DNA of 60,164 nucleotides from an uncultured Gemmatimonadaceae bacterium (GCA_937919035.1 CALFPI010000259.1:1-60164); one strand, 5' to 3'; positions 8,452 through 17,497 are shown, numbered from the stretch's first letter. Notes: generated from the sequence alone by a model not told the origin. Made by a program: numbers and translations.

Positions 8452-9987
8452 CTAAGGTAACCACTGCGGTTCGGCGGACAAAGAGACCCCATGGCCGCCA
8501 AGCAGCACGCCGCTGTCCTCGTCGTACACCGGCGCCTGCAGGGCGGTGCCGAGGACCTGCTCCACCATCGCCGCCGGCATGTCGTTCTCCGGCCAGCTCA
8601 GCACCAGCAGGGGTTGCCGCTGATGCGGCGCGCGGAACGGTGTCAGTGGCTCGTGGACCCAAACCAGAGCCAACCGCTGCAGGCGCCGGGCGCCGCTGTG
8701 GTTGCGTTGCGCCAGGAGGAAATTCCGGTACGTATGCTGCACACCCCAGCCCTGTATCAGCTCCGGCGCGTCGGACAGCGCCAGCCAGCGCAGGTTGGCG
8801 TCGGCGCCGGCGGGATCCGGTGGGTCCAGGGTCGGCGCTTGTCCGGTGATCGGATCGACCACCGTACCATCCGTCTGCCAGCCGACGGCGACCCACCAAC
8901 CGACATGGCGAAAAGGCTCCGGCGCGTACATCCCCCAGATGACTTCCATGCCCAACAGGTAGCGCAGACGGGCCATGTGCCGGGCCCCCGGGTACGGCCA
9001 CGGTCGGTCACCGTTGCCCTCCCAGGCAACGACACGTTCCCCCTCCAGCGTGATGGCAAGGCCCAGCACCATCAGTCCCGCGACCCATCGACCACTCATG
9101 CCCGGCCGCCGCCGGATCACAGCGGCACGAGCGGATGGCTGCCAACGCACGCGGTCCCAGACGGATCCGGGCAACAGGGCACTGAGGGCCACGACCATGG
9201 TCAGAGGAAAACTGCCCAGGCGCAGCAGGGGCCACATACACAGATGGAACAGCCCAAGGCCGATGACGGCGAGCAGACGCGTTCGTCGCCAGATCAGCAG
9301 CGCTGGGGCCGACCATTCCAGCAGCAGCGCCAGCCACGTGACGGCGGGCCAGGTCCACGGTGGCGCCGCCAGGGCGAGCCAGCGCCCCATCGTTGTCGGT
9401 GTGCCACGATCGAGCAGAGCCAGCCACACCGCCGAGCCTTCCGACCACCAGGCGCTGCCCGTCTTGGCCGCCGCCGTTGACAGGTAGATCCACGCAAGCA
9501 ACACCAACAGGCCGGCGCTGCCAGAGGCCACCAACCAATCCGGGGCCCAGGGCGGGCGGCCGGCACGGGCGTCGAGCGATGCGACCGCCGCCGTTGGCAG
9601 CACAAGACTGCAGTACAGCAGCGCGCACAACACCGCGTTGTGATAGTCCGCTGTAGCTCGTGCCGCGTACTGGAAAGCACAGGCACTGATCCAGGCGGCA
9701 GCGGTGACTGGTCCTGTGCGCCAGCCGAGCGCCAGCAGCAGACTGACGACAAGGACGGCAATTGCCGCCAGCTGCAGTGTCACAGTCTCCGACCCGAGAA
9801 CGAGCCATGGCGGCAGCTTGGGCTCTCCGTAGGCCTGCATCGCCCACCAGTCAGGGGCCACGCGCAGGACGCGCACCATATCCCAGGCCAGCACCAGCGC
9901 CGTACCGATGCGCAGACAGGCGAGGGCGCGAGGATCGAGTTTCGACAGGACTCGCAGACGAGTCGAGAAAGAGAGCGGCGGTGTCAA
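8452..9987 (-). CDS. HTTM-domain (vitamin K-dependent gamma-carboxylase-like) polytopic membrane protein
   Basis: HTTM-like N-terminus (LDPRALACLRIGTALVLAWDM), multiple TM segments, and a C-terminal soluble region with WGMYAPEPF...GWWVAVGWQTDG. A TTG start at 9987 is proposed because the ORF-track start would overlap the upstream gene. Confidence 0.55.
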   Translation of the reverse strand: MTPPLSFSTRLRVLSKLDPRALACLRIGTALVLAWDMVRVLRVAPDWWAMQAYGEPKLPPWLVLGSETVTLQLAAIAVLVVSLLLALGWRTGPVTAAAWISACAFQYAARATADYHNAVLCALLYCSLVLPTAAVASLDARAGRPPWAPDWLVASGSAGLLVLLAWIYLSTAAAKTGSAWWSEGSAVWLALLDRGTPTTMGRWLALAAPPWTWPAVTWLALLLEWSAPALLIWRRTRLLAVIGLGLFHLCMWPLLRLGSFPLTMVVALSALLPGSVWDRVRWQPSARAAVIRRRPGMSGRWVAGLMVLGLAITLEGERVVAWEGNGDRPWPYPGARHMARLRYLLGMEVIWGMYAPEPFRHVGWWVAVGWQTDGTVVDPITGQAPTLDPPDPAGADANLRWLALSDAPELIQGWGVQHTYRNFLLAQRNHSGARRLQRLALVWVHEPLTPFRAPHQRQPLLVLSWPENDMPAAMVEQVLGTALQAPVYDEDSGVLLGGHGVSLSAEPQWLP

Positions 9988-10006
9988 CCCAGCTTGGCCC
10001 GCCGGC

Positions 10007-11491
10007 TCAGAACGTGGTCTCTTTGGTCGTGATCGGGCACCAGCGGGAGACCTCGAGAAAGTCGAAGAGCGCCGCCGTCGCCTGTGGCGTGCCGATGCGC
10101 TTGAGTGCCTCGATCGTGTGATTGCGCACGTAACGGTTGTCGTCGCCCAGTGCTGCCACGAGAGCATCCGTTGCCGGCCGGGCGGCGCGACCATGCCGGG
10201 CCAGAGCGTAGGCCGCGTCGAACCGCACCTGGGCGCTCTCGTCGGCCAGCAGCCGCGTCAGTGCCGGGATCACCTTGCGGCTTCGCGATGGGATCGTGCC
10301 CAGGGCGTCGGCCGCATTGCGACGCACGAATTCGGCGGAGTCCTCCGTCAAGGACGCCACGGCGGCGGCGCCCCTGGCACTGACTGCAGCACCCAGTTCT
10401 CCGAGGGCAAAAGCGGCAAACCCTCGGCGCGACTCCGACTTGTCGCGGCAGGCGCGTACAAGAGAGGGTTCGGCTTCGGGACCCATGGCGGACAAGCCGT
10501 AGGCGGCACTCAACCGAGCCGGCTCCATGTCGTCGTCGAGACAATCCAGCAGGATCTCCAGCGCCGGTGTGCCAATGGCGGCCAGCGCATAGGCTGCGTT
10601 CAGCCGCACGGGTTCGGCTTCGTCGCGCAGCGCCTCACGCAACGCCGACAGGACCTCGTCACTGGCGCTGGTCACGCCCAGATTGTCGGCGGCAGCCATA
10701 CGCTGCTCAGGATCGCCATCACGCAGTTGTCGCAGCGTTTCTGGCGCAGGCAGAGCAGTGGCGCTGGTCACGGCAAAGGGTTCACCGCGATGCCAGTTCC
10801 ACAACTTCGTCCACATGCCACGATGCCGATCACCAGCGCCATTGCCTCCCGGCCAGGCGGCGGACGTGTTGTTCCACGTCGGCGTCGTTGGCTCGGACAT
10901 ACGGGTGAACTGGAACTTCATCATGAACCGCGTCTTGTCCATCAGGTTCGGACAGGCGCGGTGCCAGATATCGAAATGCACCAGCACCACGGTGCCCGCC
11001 TCGCCGACGCAGGGCAGGACCGACGCCAGCGGCTCCCAGGACTCTTTCTTCTCATACGTGTGGGATCCGGGCACGACACCTGTGGGGCCGATCGGCTCGG
11101 GACAGTCCTGGGGGTAATAGAACAGCATCGCCCAGCGGGTGCGGTGATTGCGCACTCGCTGGTAGCCCCAGTAGCTGTCCTTGTGTACGCCGCCGCCTTC
11201 CCCCGGTCCGCGGTTCACGTGACAGTGGCGGTGGGAGTGCATGATATGGTCGGGCCCCAGCACACTCGTGAGCGCACCACGAAGTGTTGGATCGGCGAAA
11301 ACCTGCTGCAACTCCGGCACCCGCGGCAGAATGTTGTTGCCGGGGTTGCCCTCCTTGTCAAAGACCTCCGACGTCCGTTGGTAGATGTGCTCGTGCACGC
11401 TCCTGGGCAAGTCGGTTTTCAACACCAGGAAGCCGCGGGTCAGATAGTCGCGCATCTGCTCGTCGGTGAGCAGGTATTTTGGATCGATCAC
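10007..11491 (-). CDS. PhyH-like Fe(II)/2OG dioxygenase fused to HEAT-like repeats
   Basis: The N-terminal 240 aa have a dioxygenase pattern (GGGVHKDSYW HxD; VVLVHFDIWHRACPN). The C-terminal half has about seven PBS-lyase/HEAT-like repeats (VRLNAAYALAAIG, ARLSAAYGLSAMG, VRRNAADALGTI, VRFDAAYALARHG, VRNHTIEALKRIG). Confidence 0.7.
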   Translation of the reverse strand: MIDPKYLLTDEQMRDYLTRGFLVLKTDLPRSVHEHIYQRTSEVFDKEGNPGNNILPRVPELQQVFADPTLRGALTSVLGPDHIMHSHRHCHVNRGPGEGGGVHKDSYWGYQRVRNHRTRWAMLFYYPQDCPEPIGPTGVVPGSHTYEKKESWEPLASVLPCVGEAGTVVLVHFDIWHRACPNLMDKTRFMMKFQFTRMSEPTTPTWNNTSAAWPGGNGAGDRHRGMWTKLWNWHRGEPFAVTSATALPAPETLRQLRDGDPEQRMAAADNLGVTSASDEVLSALREALRDEAEPVRLNAAYALAAIGTPALEILLDCLDDDMEPARLSAAYGLSAMGPEAEPSLVRACRDKSESRRGFAAFALGELGAAVSARGAAAVASLTEDSAEFVRRNAADALGTIPSRSRKVIPALTRLLADESAQVRFDAAYALARHGRAARPATDALVAALGDDNRYVRNHTIEALKRIGTPQATAALFDFLEVSRWCPITTKETTF

Positions 11492-11548
11492 TTGGCGGTC
11501 TCCAACGGTCTTGTGTCACCTGTGTGGAATGTTGCTGCGTGGTTTGAA

Positions 11549-12265
11549 CTAGTCGAATTGTTGTCGGAACGTTGCCAGCTCCTGATGCAGCGCCGCCACC
11601 TCGGCGCGCAGTTGCTCTACCGACACCTCGAGGGCGGCGATCCGTTCGTTCTCCGCGCGTACCACCAGCGTCGCAGCTTCCGGGGGCAGTGCTCTCGCCT
11701 CCTCGTCAGCGGACCCGGCAGGCTCTCCGGCGAACAGGTGGGCATAGCGTGGTTCCTTGCGGCCCGGTTGCCGCGGCAGTTGCACAACGGCCGCCGGCTC
11801 CCGTGCCAGCAACTGCTGAAGTACGGCGTCCACGTGCGACAACTCCTCGAAGGGATGCATGCGACTGGCGCGCCCGCGCAGTTCGCCGACGGTCTGCGGA
11901 CCTCGGACCATCAGTTCGCACAGCACCGCCATCTGCGCCGCCGTCAGTCCCATGTGCTCGTCGAACACGTGACGGTGTTTGGGGATCCGTTGCTCGGCGC
12001 CTGTGACAACACGCACCAGGCCCTTCTCGCGCATCGATTCCAGCGCCCGCGCCACCATCTTGTCATCGAAGTCGACGACGGGGCTGCGGTTGGACTTCTG
12101 GTTGCAGGCGTTGGTCAGAGCATTGAGCGACAGCGGATAGTTCTCCGGTGTGGTCGCCTCTTTTTCCATCAGACAGCCAAGGACCCGCACTTCGAGTGTG
12201 TTGAGCAGCGGTTCCTGGGCGTGTGGGTCTTGCGTGGGTTCGGTGGCCTCAATGGGTTCGGTCAT
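11549..12265 (-). CDS. DUF480 (YceH-like) winged-helix protein
   Basis: LEVRVLGCLMEKEATTPENYPLSLNALTNACNQKSNR is the characteristic YceH N-terminus. The C-terminus is a coiled coil. ATG 12265 overlaps the upstream stop (ATGA). Confidence 0.75.
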   Translation of the reverse strand: MTEPIEATEPTQDPHAQEPLLNTLEVRVLGCLMEKEATTPENYPLSLNALTNACNQKSNRSPVVDFDDKMVARALESMREKGLVRVVTGAEQRIPKHRHVFDEHMGLTAAQMAVLCELMVRGPQTVGELRGRASRMHPFEELSHVDAVLQQLLAREPAAVVQLPRQPGRKEPRYAHLFAGEPAGSADEEARALPPEAATLVVRAENERIAALEVSVEQLRAEVAALHQELATFRQQFD

Positions 12266-12888
12266 GATCTGGATCCGTCGGTAGGGTGAATCACTGCGCT
12301 GCCAGTTTGGCCCAGGGCCGGCAGCAATGCGTACAGGGCCTGCACCACTTCGTGCACGCCCTGGCCCTCCATATCGATCACGTGATCCGCGGCAGCACGT
12401 ACGGGCCCGATGCCATCGAGAAAGGGCTGCAGGTCCTGGGGTTGCTCGAGGCGGTCGGGCAGCCACGGGTGCCGCAGCGCACCGCCACGCTCCTCAAGTT
12501 GCCGACGCAGGGCCCAGTAGCAGGTCGCGCGTGGCAAGCGGAAAAATACCAGTGCCGCCTGCGCCCGCACCCGGGCCAGTTGCTGGCTGCTGTGCAAGGC
12601 TCCCTCACCCAGCAGCAGCAGGCCCGGCGGGGACTGGCTCAGCAGGCCGGGCAGCAGTGCCTCTTCGAGGCTGTGCAGGCTGGCGCTCCCATGGTCGCGT
12701 ACGTAGGCCCACAAGTTCTGTCCGATCTCGTGTTCGATACGACGATCGAAGTCGTGCAGGGGCAGACCGGTAAGCGCCGCCAGATCGTAGGCCACTTCGC
12801 GGTACGCAGAGCCCGGGTGTCCGATACAGGCGACAGGGCGCGCCAGTGTTACGGTGGGTGTGTAGTCGTAGTAGTCGATCTGGGTCAT
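12262..12888 (-). CDS. Shikimate-kinase-fold protein with a degenerate Walker A (probable pseudokinase)
   Basis: 208 aa collinear with the shikimate kinase layout (VACIGHPGSAYREVAYDLAALTGLPLHDFDRRIE...LLLLGEGAL...). GHPGSAYR replaces GxxGxGK[ST]. Confidence 0.5.
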   Translation of the reverse strand: MTQIDYYDYTPTVTLARPVACIGHPGSAYREVAYDLAALTGLPLHDFDRRIEHEIGQNLWAYVRDHGSASLHSLEEALLPGLLSQSPPGLLLLGEGALHSSQQLARVRAQAALVFFRLPRATCYWALRRQLEERGGALRHPWLPDRLEQPQDLQPFLDGIGPVRAAADHVIDMEGQGVHEVVQALYALLPALGQTGSAVIHPTDGSRS

Positions 12889-12892
12889 ACCG

Positions 12893-14083
12893 TCACGCGA
12901 CGCTGGACCGGGGCCCCTCGCGCCAGAAGCGGCGGACGATGTCGACGTGCAGGGCGACGCCCAGAGGGATGGCGCCGTCGTGAAAGTCATAATCTGCCTG
13001 GTGCAGGCTTGGATACGTGTCCCGATCGACAGGACGTACGCCGAGGGCAACGAAGGATGCTGGCACCTGCTGCGCGTAGAAGGCAAAATCTTCGCCCCCC
13101 ATAACCGGGGCGATGTCGACGGGCGTCATCGTGTGGGCCGCAACCCGGCGCACGTACTCGGTGGCGCCGGGATCGTTTTCCAGCACGGGATAGCCATCGT
13201 CGATGACAACCTCGGCCGTTGCGCCGAAGGCTCTGGCTGTGTCGGTTGCGACACGGTGGATGTGCGCGAAGGTCCGTTCCCGTGTGGCTGAATTCAGCGT
13301 CCGGATCGTACCCGTCAGCAGCACCTGCCCGGGAATAATGTTGAACGCCGTGCCGCCGTGGACCTGTGACACGGTGACAACGACGCTGTCCAACGGCGCC
13401 GTGTTGCGGGCGACGATCGATTGCAGGGCAACGATGATGTGCGCCGCTACCAGGACCGTGTCGATCCCCTCGTGCGGGAAGGCGGCATGCGCCCCAACGC
13501 CGGACACAGCGATGTGCAGCCGATCGGAGCTGGCCAGAAACCCACCTGCATGGACGCCAACCTGGCCCTGGGGCAGAGCCGGCCAGCCGTGCAGACCGAA
13601 GATGGCCTGCACCGGCGGATCGTCGAGCACACCTTCCTCGCACATCCGGCGGGCTCCGGCGCCCCCTTCTTCGGCGGGTTGAAAGAGGAACTTCACCGGC
13701 CCCTCGAGCTCGTCGCCCAACTGTGCCAGCACCTGCGCCGCGCCGACCAGGCAAGTGACGTGACCATCGTGGCCGCAGGCGTGCATCTTTCCCGGCACCG
13801 TGGACCGATGGGCGTGATCCCCCTGCTCCTCGATCGGCAGCGCATCCATATCCGCCCGCAGGGCGACGCAGGGACCGGGGCGGTCAGCCCCCAGAGTGGC
13901 AACGACACCGGTGCCGGCAACCCCCGTTCGCAGGGTGAGGCCCGGCACATGCCGCAACTGGTCAACGATGCGGGTTGCCGTGCCATGCTCCTCGTAGGCC
14001 AGCTCCGGATGGCGATGCAACTCGTGGCGCAGTGCCACCAGGTCAGGCAGCAGAGAATCGATGAGGGGTTGAAGTTCGCGCAT
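12893..14083 (-). CDS. M20-family amidohydrolase (hippurate hydrolase / N-acyl-amino-acid amidohydrolase type)
   Basis: LRHELHRHPELAYEE, ALRADMDALPI, MHACGHDGH and FQPAEEGGAG are classical M20D motifs. Confidence 0.85.
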   Translation of the reverse strand: MRELQPLIDSLLPDLVALRHELHRHPELAYEEHGTATRIVDQLRHVPGLTLRTGVAGTGVVATLGADRPGPCVALRADMDALPIEEQGDHAHRSTVPGKMHACGHDGHVTCLVGAAQVLAQLGDELEGPVKFLFQPAEEGGAGARRMCEEGVLDDPPVQAIFGLHGWPALPQGQVGVHAGGFLASSDRLHIAVSGVGAHAAFPHEGIDTVLVAAHIIVALQSIVARNTAPLDSVVVTVSQVHGGTAFNIIPGQVLLTGTIRTLNSATRERTFAHIHRVATDTARAFGATAEVVIDDGYPVLENDPGATEYVRRVAAHTMTPVDIAPVMGGEDFAFYAQQVPASFVALGVRPVDRDTYPSLHQADYDFHDGAIPLGVALHVDIVRRFWREGPRSSVA

Positions 14084-14195
14084 GCATCCTCGGGCGTCGG
14101 TTCGTATCCATTCGGAGGACTTCGGTCCGGCAATGTACCGCTACAACCATCGGCCTCAAAGTGATGGCGCAGGCAGCAACGGCCGAAAGGGACCG

Positions 14196-14540
14196 TCATT
14201 CGGGGCGCAGGTAGACAAGCGTCGCACCCCAGCCGCCACCGCCCATGCCGCCTGGTGCGTACGACTCGACGTAGTCGATGCGGTCGAGTGCGGCGTGTAC
14301 GATGCGCCTCAGGGTTCCACGACCTTTGCCATGAATCACCCGTACCTGCAGTATGTTGCGGGCCCGGCACGCTTCCAGGTAGTCGGGGACCAGCCGCTGC
14401 ACGTCACCGGGATGGAAAGTGTGCAGATCGAGGGTGCCGTCGATGGGCATGTCGATGGGCGTTTCATCTGGCATATCATCTGGCATATCATCTGGCATAT
14501 CATCTGGTGCCCCGTCATCGCTTGCTTTGTCTTCGTTCAC
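14196..14540 (-). CDS. Smr-domain protein with an acidic repeat N-terminus
   Basis: The C-terminal Smr pattern is LDLHTF...VIHGKGRGTLRRIV. The N-terminus is DDMPDDMPDDMPDE, encoded by a 12-bp tandem repeat. Confidence 0.75.
   Translation of the reverse strand: MNEDKASDDGAPDDMPDDMPDDMPDETPIDMPIDGTLDLHTFHPGDVQRLVPDYLEACRARNILQVRVIHGKGRGTLRRIVHAALDRIDYVESYAPGGMGGGGWGATLVYLRPE
14465..14507. repeat. 12-bp tandem repeat x3.6 (catctggcatat), coding
   Basis: Perfect copies at 14465, 14477 and 14489, plus a partial copy. They encode the (DDMP)n tract of the Smr protein. Confidence 0.95.
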
Positions 14541-14587
14541 CTGCCGCCTCCTTGCGAGGTCGTTGCACTACAGGAGGATCACCCACC

Positions 14588-15625
14588 ATGGCTGCACACG
14601 ATCGGCTGCGACTGGGCGTCATCGGCGCCGGTTGGTTCGCGTCACGTCGACACTGTCCCGACATCATCACCCATGACGATGCGGTGCTCGCCGCCCTGTG
14701 TCGCCGCAGCCGCCCGGAACTGGATCGCATGGGGGCAGCCTTTGGCGTCCAGGCGTTGTTCACCGACCACCGTGATTTGCTGACAAGCGGTCAGGTGGAT
14801 GCCGTTGTGATCTGCTCACCACACAACCTGCATTATGCACATGCCCGGGATGCGCTGGAGGCAGGGCTGCCGGTGCTGCTCGAAAAGCCTCTCACCATCG
14901 ACCCGAAACAGGGGCTCGAGTTGATCGAGTTGGCCAAGGCGCGGAATCTCGTCCTTCTCGTGGCCCAGAATCCTCCCTATTGGAGTCACTGTCACCGCCT
15001 GCGGGAAGTCATCACCGACGAGCAGATCGGCACGATCGAAGCCGTGTCCATTATCTGGGTGGGCAATGCCCTGGGCGTACTGGGCCGCGAGCCCCTCGCC
15101 GCAAATCTGCCCGGCGTCGTGCCGCCGACATTGTTTCGTGCGCAGCGGACCGGTTCAGGGGATGGGTTCCTCACAGATGGTGGCTCCCATCTGCTGACGG
15201 AGCTTGTGTGGTGCACGGGGCGCCGTGTCGTTGCCGTGGCTTGCCTGCTGGACGATGCCGGCGCCGATATCCGGGCCGTGCTGTCCATGCAGCTCGACAA
15301 CGGGGCCACCGCTACGCTGTCGAATACGGGGGACTCGCAGGTGCGCCGCAAGCGACACCACAGCCTCTACTTCGGGTCGACAGGCATGGCCGAGATCCGC
15401 GGTGTGCCCTTCTGTCTGACCGTCGATGGCCGTGACGGTCGTACGCACTCGGAGGAAGCCGATCTGCCGGCGGTGGCCAGTCCCGTTGCCGACTTCGTCG
15501 GCGCCATCCGTGGCCACAATCAACCGCAGATCGATGGCGACACGGCCCTGCACATCGTCGAGATCCTCGATGCCGCCTATCGATCGGCCCGCGATGGCGG
15601 CGTGACTGTGGTAGCCGCCCGGTAG
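14588..15625 (+). CDS. Gfo/Idh/MocA-family oxidoreductase
   Basis: Rossmann N-terminus LRLGVIGAGWFASRRH and an EKP motif (VLLEKPL). ATG 14588 was chosen because the upstream ORF extension overlaps the Smr gene on the other strand. Confidence 0.8.
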   Translation: MAAHDRLRLGVIGAGWFASRRHCPDIITHDDAVLAALCRRSRPELDRMGAAFGVQALFTDHRDLLTSGQVDAVVICSPHNLHYAHARDALEAGLPVLLEKPLTIDPKQGLELIELAKARNLVLLVAQNPPYWSHCHRLREVITDEQIGTIEAVSIIWVGNALGVLGREPLAANLPGVVPPTLFRAQRTGSGDGFLTDGGSHLLTELVWCTGRRVVAVACLLDDAGADIRAVLSMQLDNGATATLSNTGDSQVRRKRHHSLYFGSTGMAEIRGVPFCLTVDGRDGRTHSEEADLPAVASPVADFVGAIRGHNQPQIDGDTALHIVEILDAAYRSARDGGVTVVAAR

Positions 15626-15691
15626 TAGATATCACGGATCGGAACCGGGGCCATTCGTCGAGCCCGGGTCACAGACGACGTCGCCACGTGG

Positions 15692-16243
15692 TCAGACGTG
15701 GCGTGGTGGATCGGGGCCAGAGAATGTTGCGGTCGTGTGCACCGCCAGCAGGCGGCAATCGTCGCGGTCATCCAGTTCGACATCCACCTCACACAACTGG
15801 GCATTGATATCGAGGATCAGGGCGTTGGCCTGCGCGAGTCGCCCGACGGCGTCCGCATACACCGAGATGTCGCCGGCAGCAAACCCGTCGATGACGAGCT
15901 GGTAGGCATCGAGGCGCAGCTGCACCAACATTTTGATATCGTCGTGCATGTCTGCCAGTTTTCGTGGCGGCCGCAGCCCAACCAGGGCCTGTTGTACGGC
16001 CAATAGTCGTGGCTGCAGTTCCAGATACACAGGAGCAATCCGCGAGTCGATGGCGACGCTGTCGACGCCGATCGCCCGTTCGCCGACTTCGCGCTCGATG
16101 GCTGAGACGGCCTCGATCAGTGGATTCAACGCCGTGCGATAGGCGCGCACATCATCGGTGTCGCCGAACTTTGTGTCGTCATCCTTGCCGCAACCAACCA
16201 GCAGCCACAGGCTGGTGACGACGCAGCAGACGAGGCGACTCAT
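15692..16243 (-). CDS. Lipoprotein, unknown function
   Basis: MSRLVCCVVTSLWLLVGCGKDDD is a signal peptide with a lipobox (LVGC). The remainder is helical. Confidence 0.6.
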   Translation of the reverse strand: MSRLVCCVVTSLWLLVGCGKDDDTKFGDTDDVRAYRTALNPLIEAVSAIEREVGERAIGVDSVAIDSRIAPVYLELQPRLLAVQQALVGLRPPRKLADMHDDIKMLVQLRLDAYQLVIDGFAAGDISVYADAVGRLAQANALILDINAQLCEVDVELDDRDDCRLLAVHTTATFSGPDPPRHV

Positions 16244-16262
16244 GCCCGACCCAAGAGTGGGC

Positions 16263-17477
16263 TCAAGAGAGGGCACCCGAGACGGCGCCGCCGCGTTCGA
16301 TCATACGCTCCAGCGCCAGCAGGCAGCGCATAACACAGCGAGGGTGGTGATAGTTTTCTTTGCGGGTCACGTGTGGCTGAAACGTCATCATTCGATCGCC
16401 GGCCGTCTGATACAGCGGCAGTCCATGCCGCTTGAGAGCCGCATGGGCCTCGATCCAATCGAAGATGCGCGCGAACCAGGTCCACGCCCATTCGTCTTCG
16501 GTATGTTCCATCAGCAACAGACAGCCGATGAGACCCTCCTCCTGCAGCCACAGGACTTTGTCGAGTGTGAAGGTGTTCGTATGGATCTGCAAGGCGCGGA
16601 ACAGACCGCCATGCACGTCATCCCAGGCGACTTCCACGTGCCGACGGAAGCGCGCCGCGCACAGCTCGAAGAGTCTGCGATCGCCGATACGCAGCGCTTC
16701 GACCATCGTCATCCACAGGGTCTCGATGGCGTGCCCCAGATAGCTGAAATCCTCATTGGCGTCGTCAGGCCTGGTTAGGTCACAGGTCAGCGCCTCGTTC
16801 ATGAGCCCGTACTTGTCATTCCAGAAATTGCCCGTGATGCCACCGACCATCTCCTGTGCCAATGCTTGCAGCCTACTGTCCTGCGGGCGCAACTCGAGCA
16901 TCTGCGTCAACGTCAGGATCAGTACCATGTGGCCACCCAGGACCCGCATGCCGGGGTAACACAGCGGTACGTAGCCCTCGTCGACGTCCCGCGTCGGGTC
17001 GCGGTAAAGTTCGGCGACGCCAAGCAACGAATCGACGGCGAGATCGAGGGCTTCGTCGTCATCGGCTGCAGCGGCGTACGCCGTCAAACCCTCCGCGACA
17101 AACAGGCTGTCGTAGCCGCGCTCGGATGCCGGCGCTGTGATCGTGCCGTCCGCGGCGAGCCCGGTCACCCACCGGCCATCTGCGTCGCGCCCGTGGGCCA
17201 GCAGGAAATCGCGCGTGCGGTGGGCAACCTGCAAGCTCTCATCGTTGTCGAAATGTCGCGCCAGGTAGGAATGGGTCCACAGACCGCGGCCCTGGTACCA
17301 CATGTTTTTGCTGTCGTCGACGCGGGTGCCATCATGATCCATGACGCAGAAGAAGCCCCCGCGTTCATGGTCGATCCCGTAGCGCGTCCAGAATGGCACA
17401 TACTCGTCGAACAGGTATGTGTGGTAGTGATCGCGAAGTTGCTGCAGGCTGTGGGTACCGACCCGATCGCGTTTCAT
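16263..17477 (-). CDS. N-acylglucosamine 2-epimerase (AGE) superfamily enzyme
   Basis: 404 aa with an (alpha/alpha)6 AGE pattern (FWTRYGIDHERGGFF, KNMWYQGRGLW, GHAIETLWM, WLQEEGL). Confidence 0.75.
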   Translation of the reverse strand: MKRDRVGTHSLQQLRDHYHTYLFDEYVPFWTRYGIDHERGGFFCVMDHDGTRVDDSKNMWYQGRGLWTHSYLARHFDNDESLQVAHRTRDFLLAHGRDADGRWVTGLAADGTITAPASERGYDSLFVAEGLTAYAAAADDDEALDLAVDSLLGVAELYRDPTRDVDEGYVPLCYPGMRVLGGHMVLILTLTQMLELRPQDSRLQALAQEMVGGITGNFWNDKYGLMNEALTCDLTRPDDANEDFSYLGHAIETLWMTMVEALRIGDRRLFELCAARFRRHVEVAWDDVHGGLFRALQIHTNTFTLDKVLWLQEEGLIGCLLLMEHTEDEWAWTWFARIFDWIEAHAALKRHGLPLYQTAGDRMMTFQPHVTRKENYHHPRCVMRCLLALERMIERGGAVSGALS

Positions 17478-17497
17478 TGGTCCCGTTTCATTGGTCG
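17470..17497. repeat. 14-bp tandem duplication (cgtttcattggtc+N) spanning a gene junction
   Basis: The copies are at 17470..17483 and 17484..17497. On the minus strand one copy supplies the TGA stop of the GGDEF-like gene. The other supplies the ATG start of the AGE gene. Confidence 0.9.

Noticed and set aside
9908-12289. 793-aa plus-strand ORF.
   Set aside because: It runs antisense across three minus-strand genes that carry clear family motifs (PhyH-HEAT, DUF480, SK-like). The product is Arg/Gly/His-rich with no recognisable domain.
14255-14587. Upstream extension of the Gfo/Idh/MocA ORF.
   Set aside because: It overlaps the Smr gene on the opposite strand. The Rossmann N-terminus begins right after ATG 14588.
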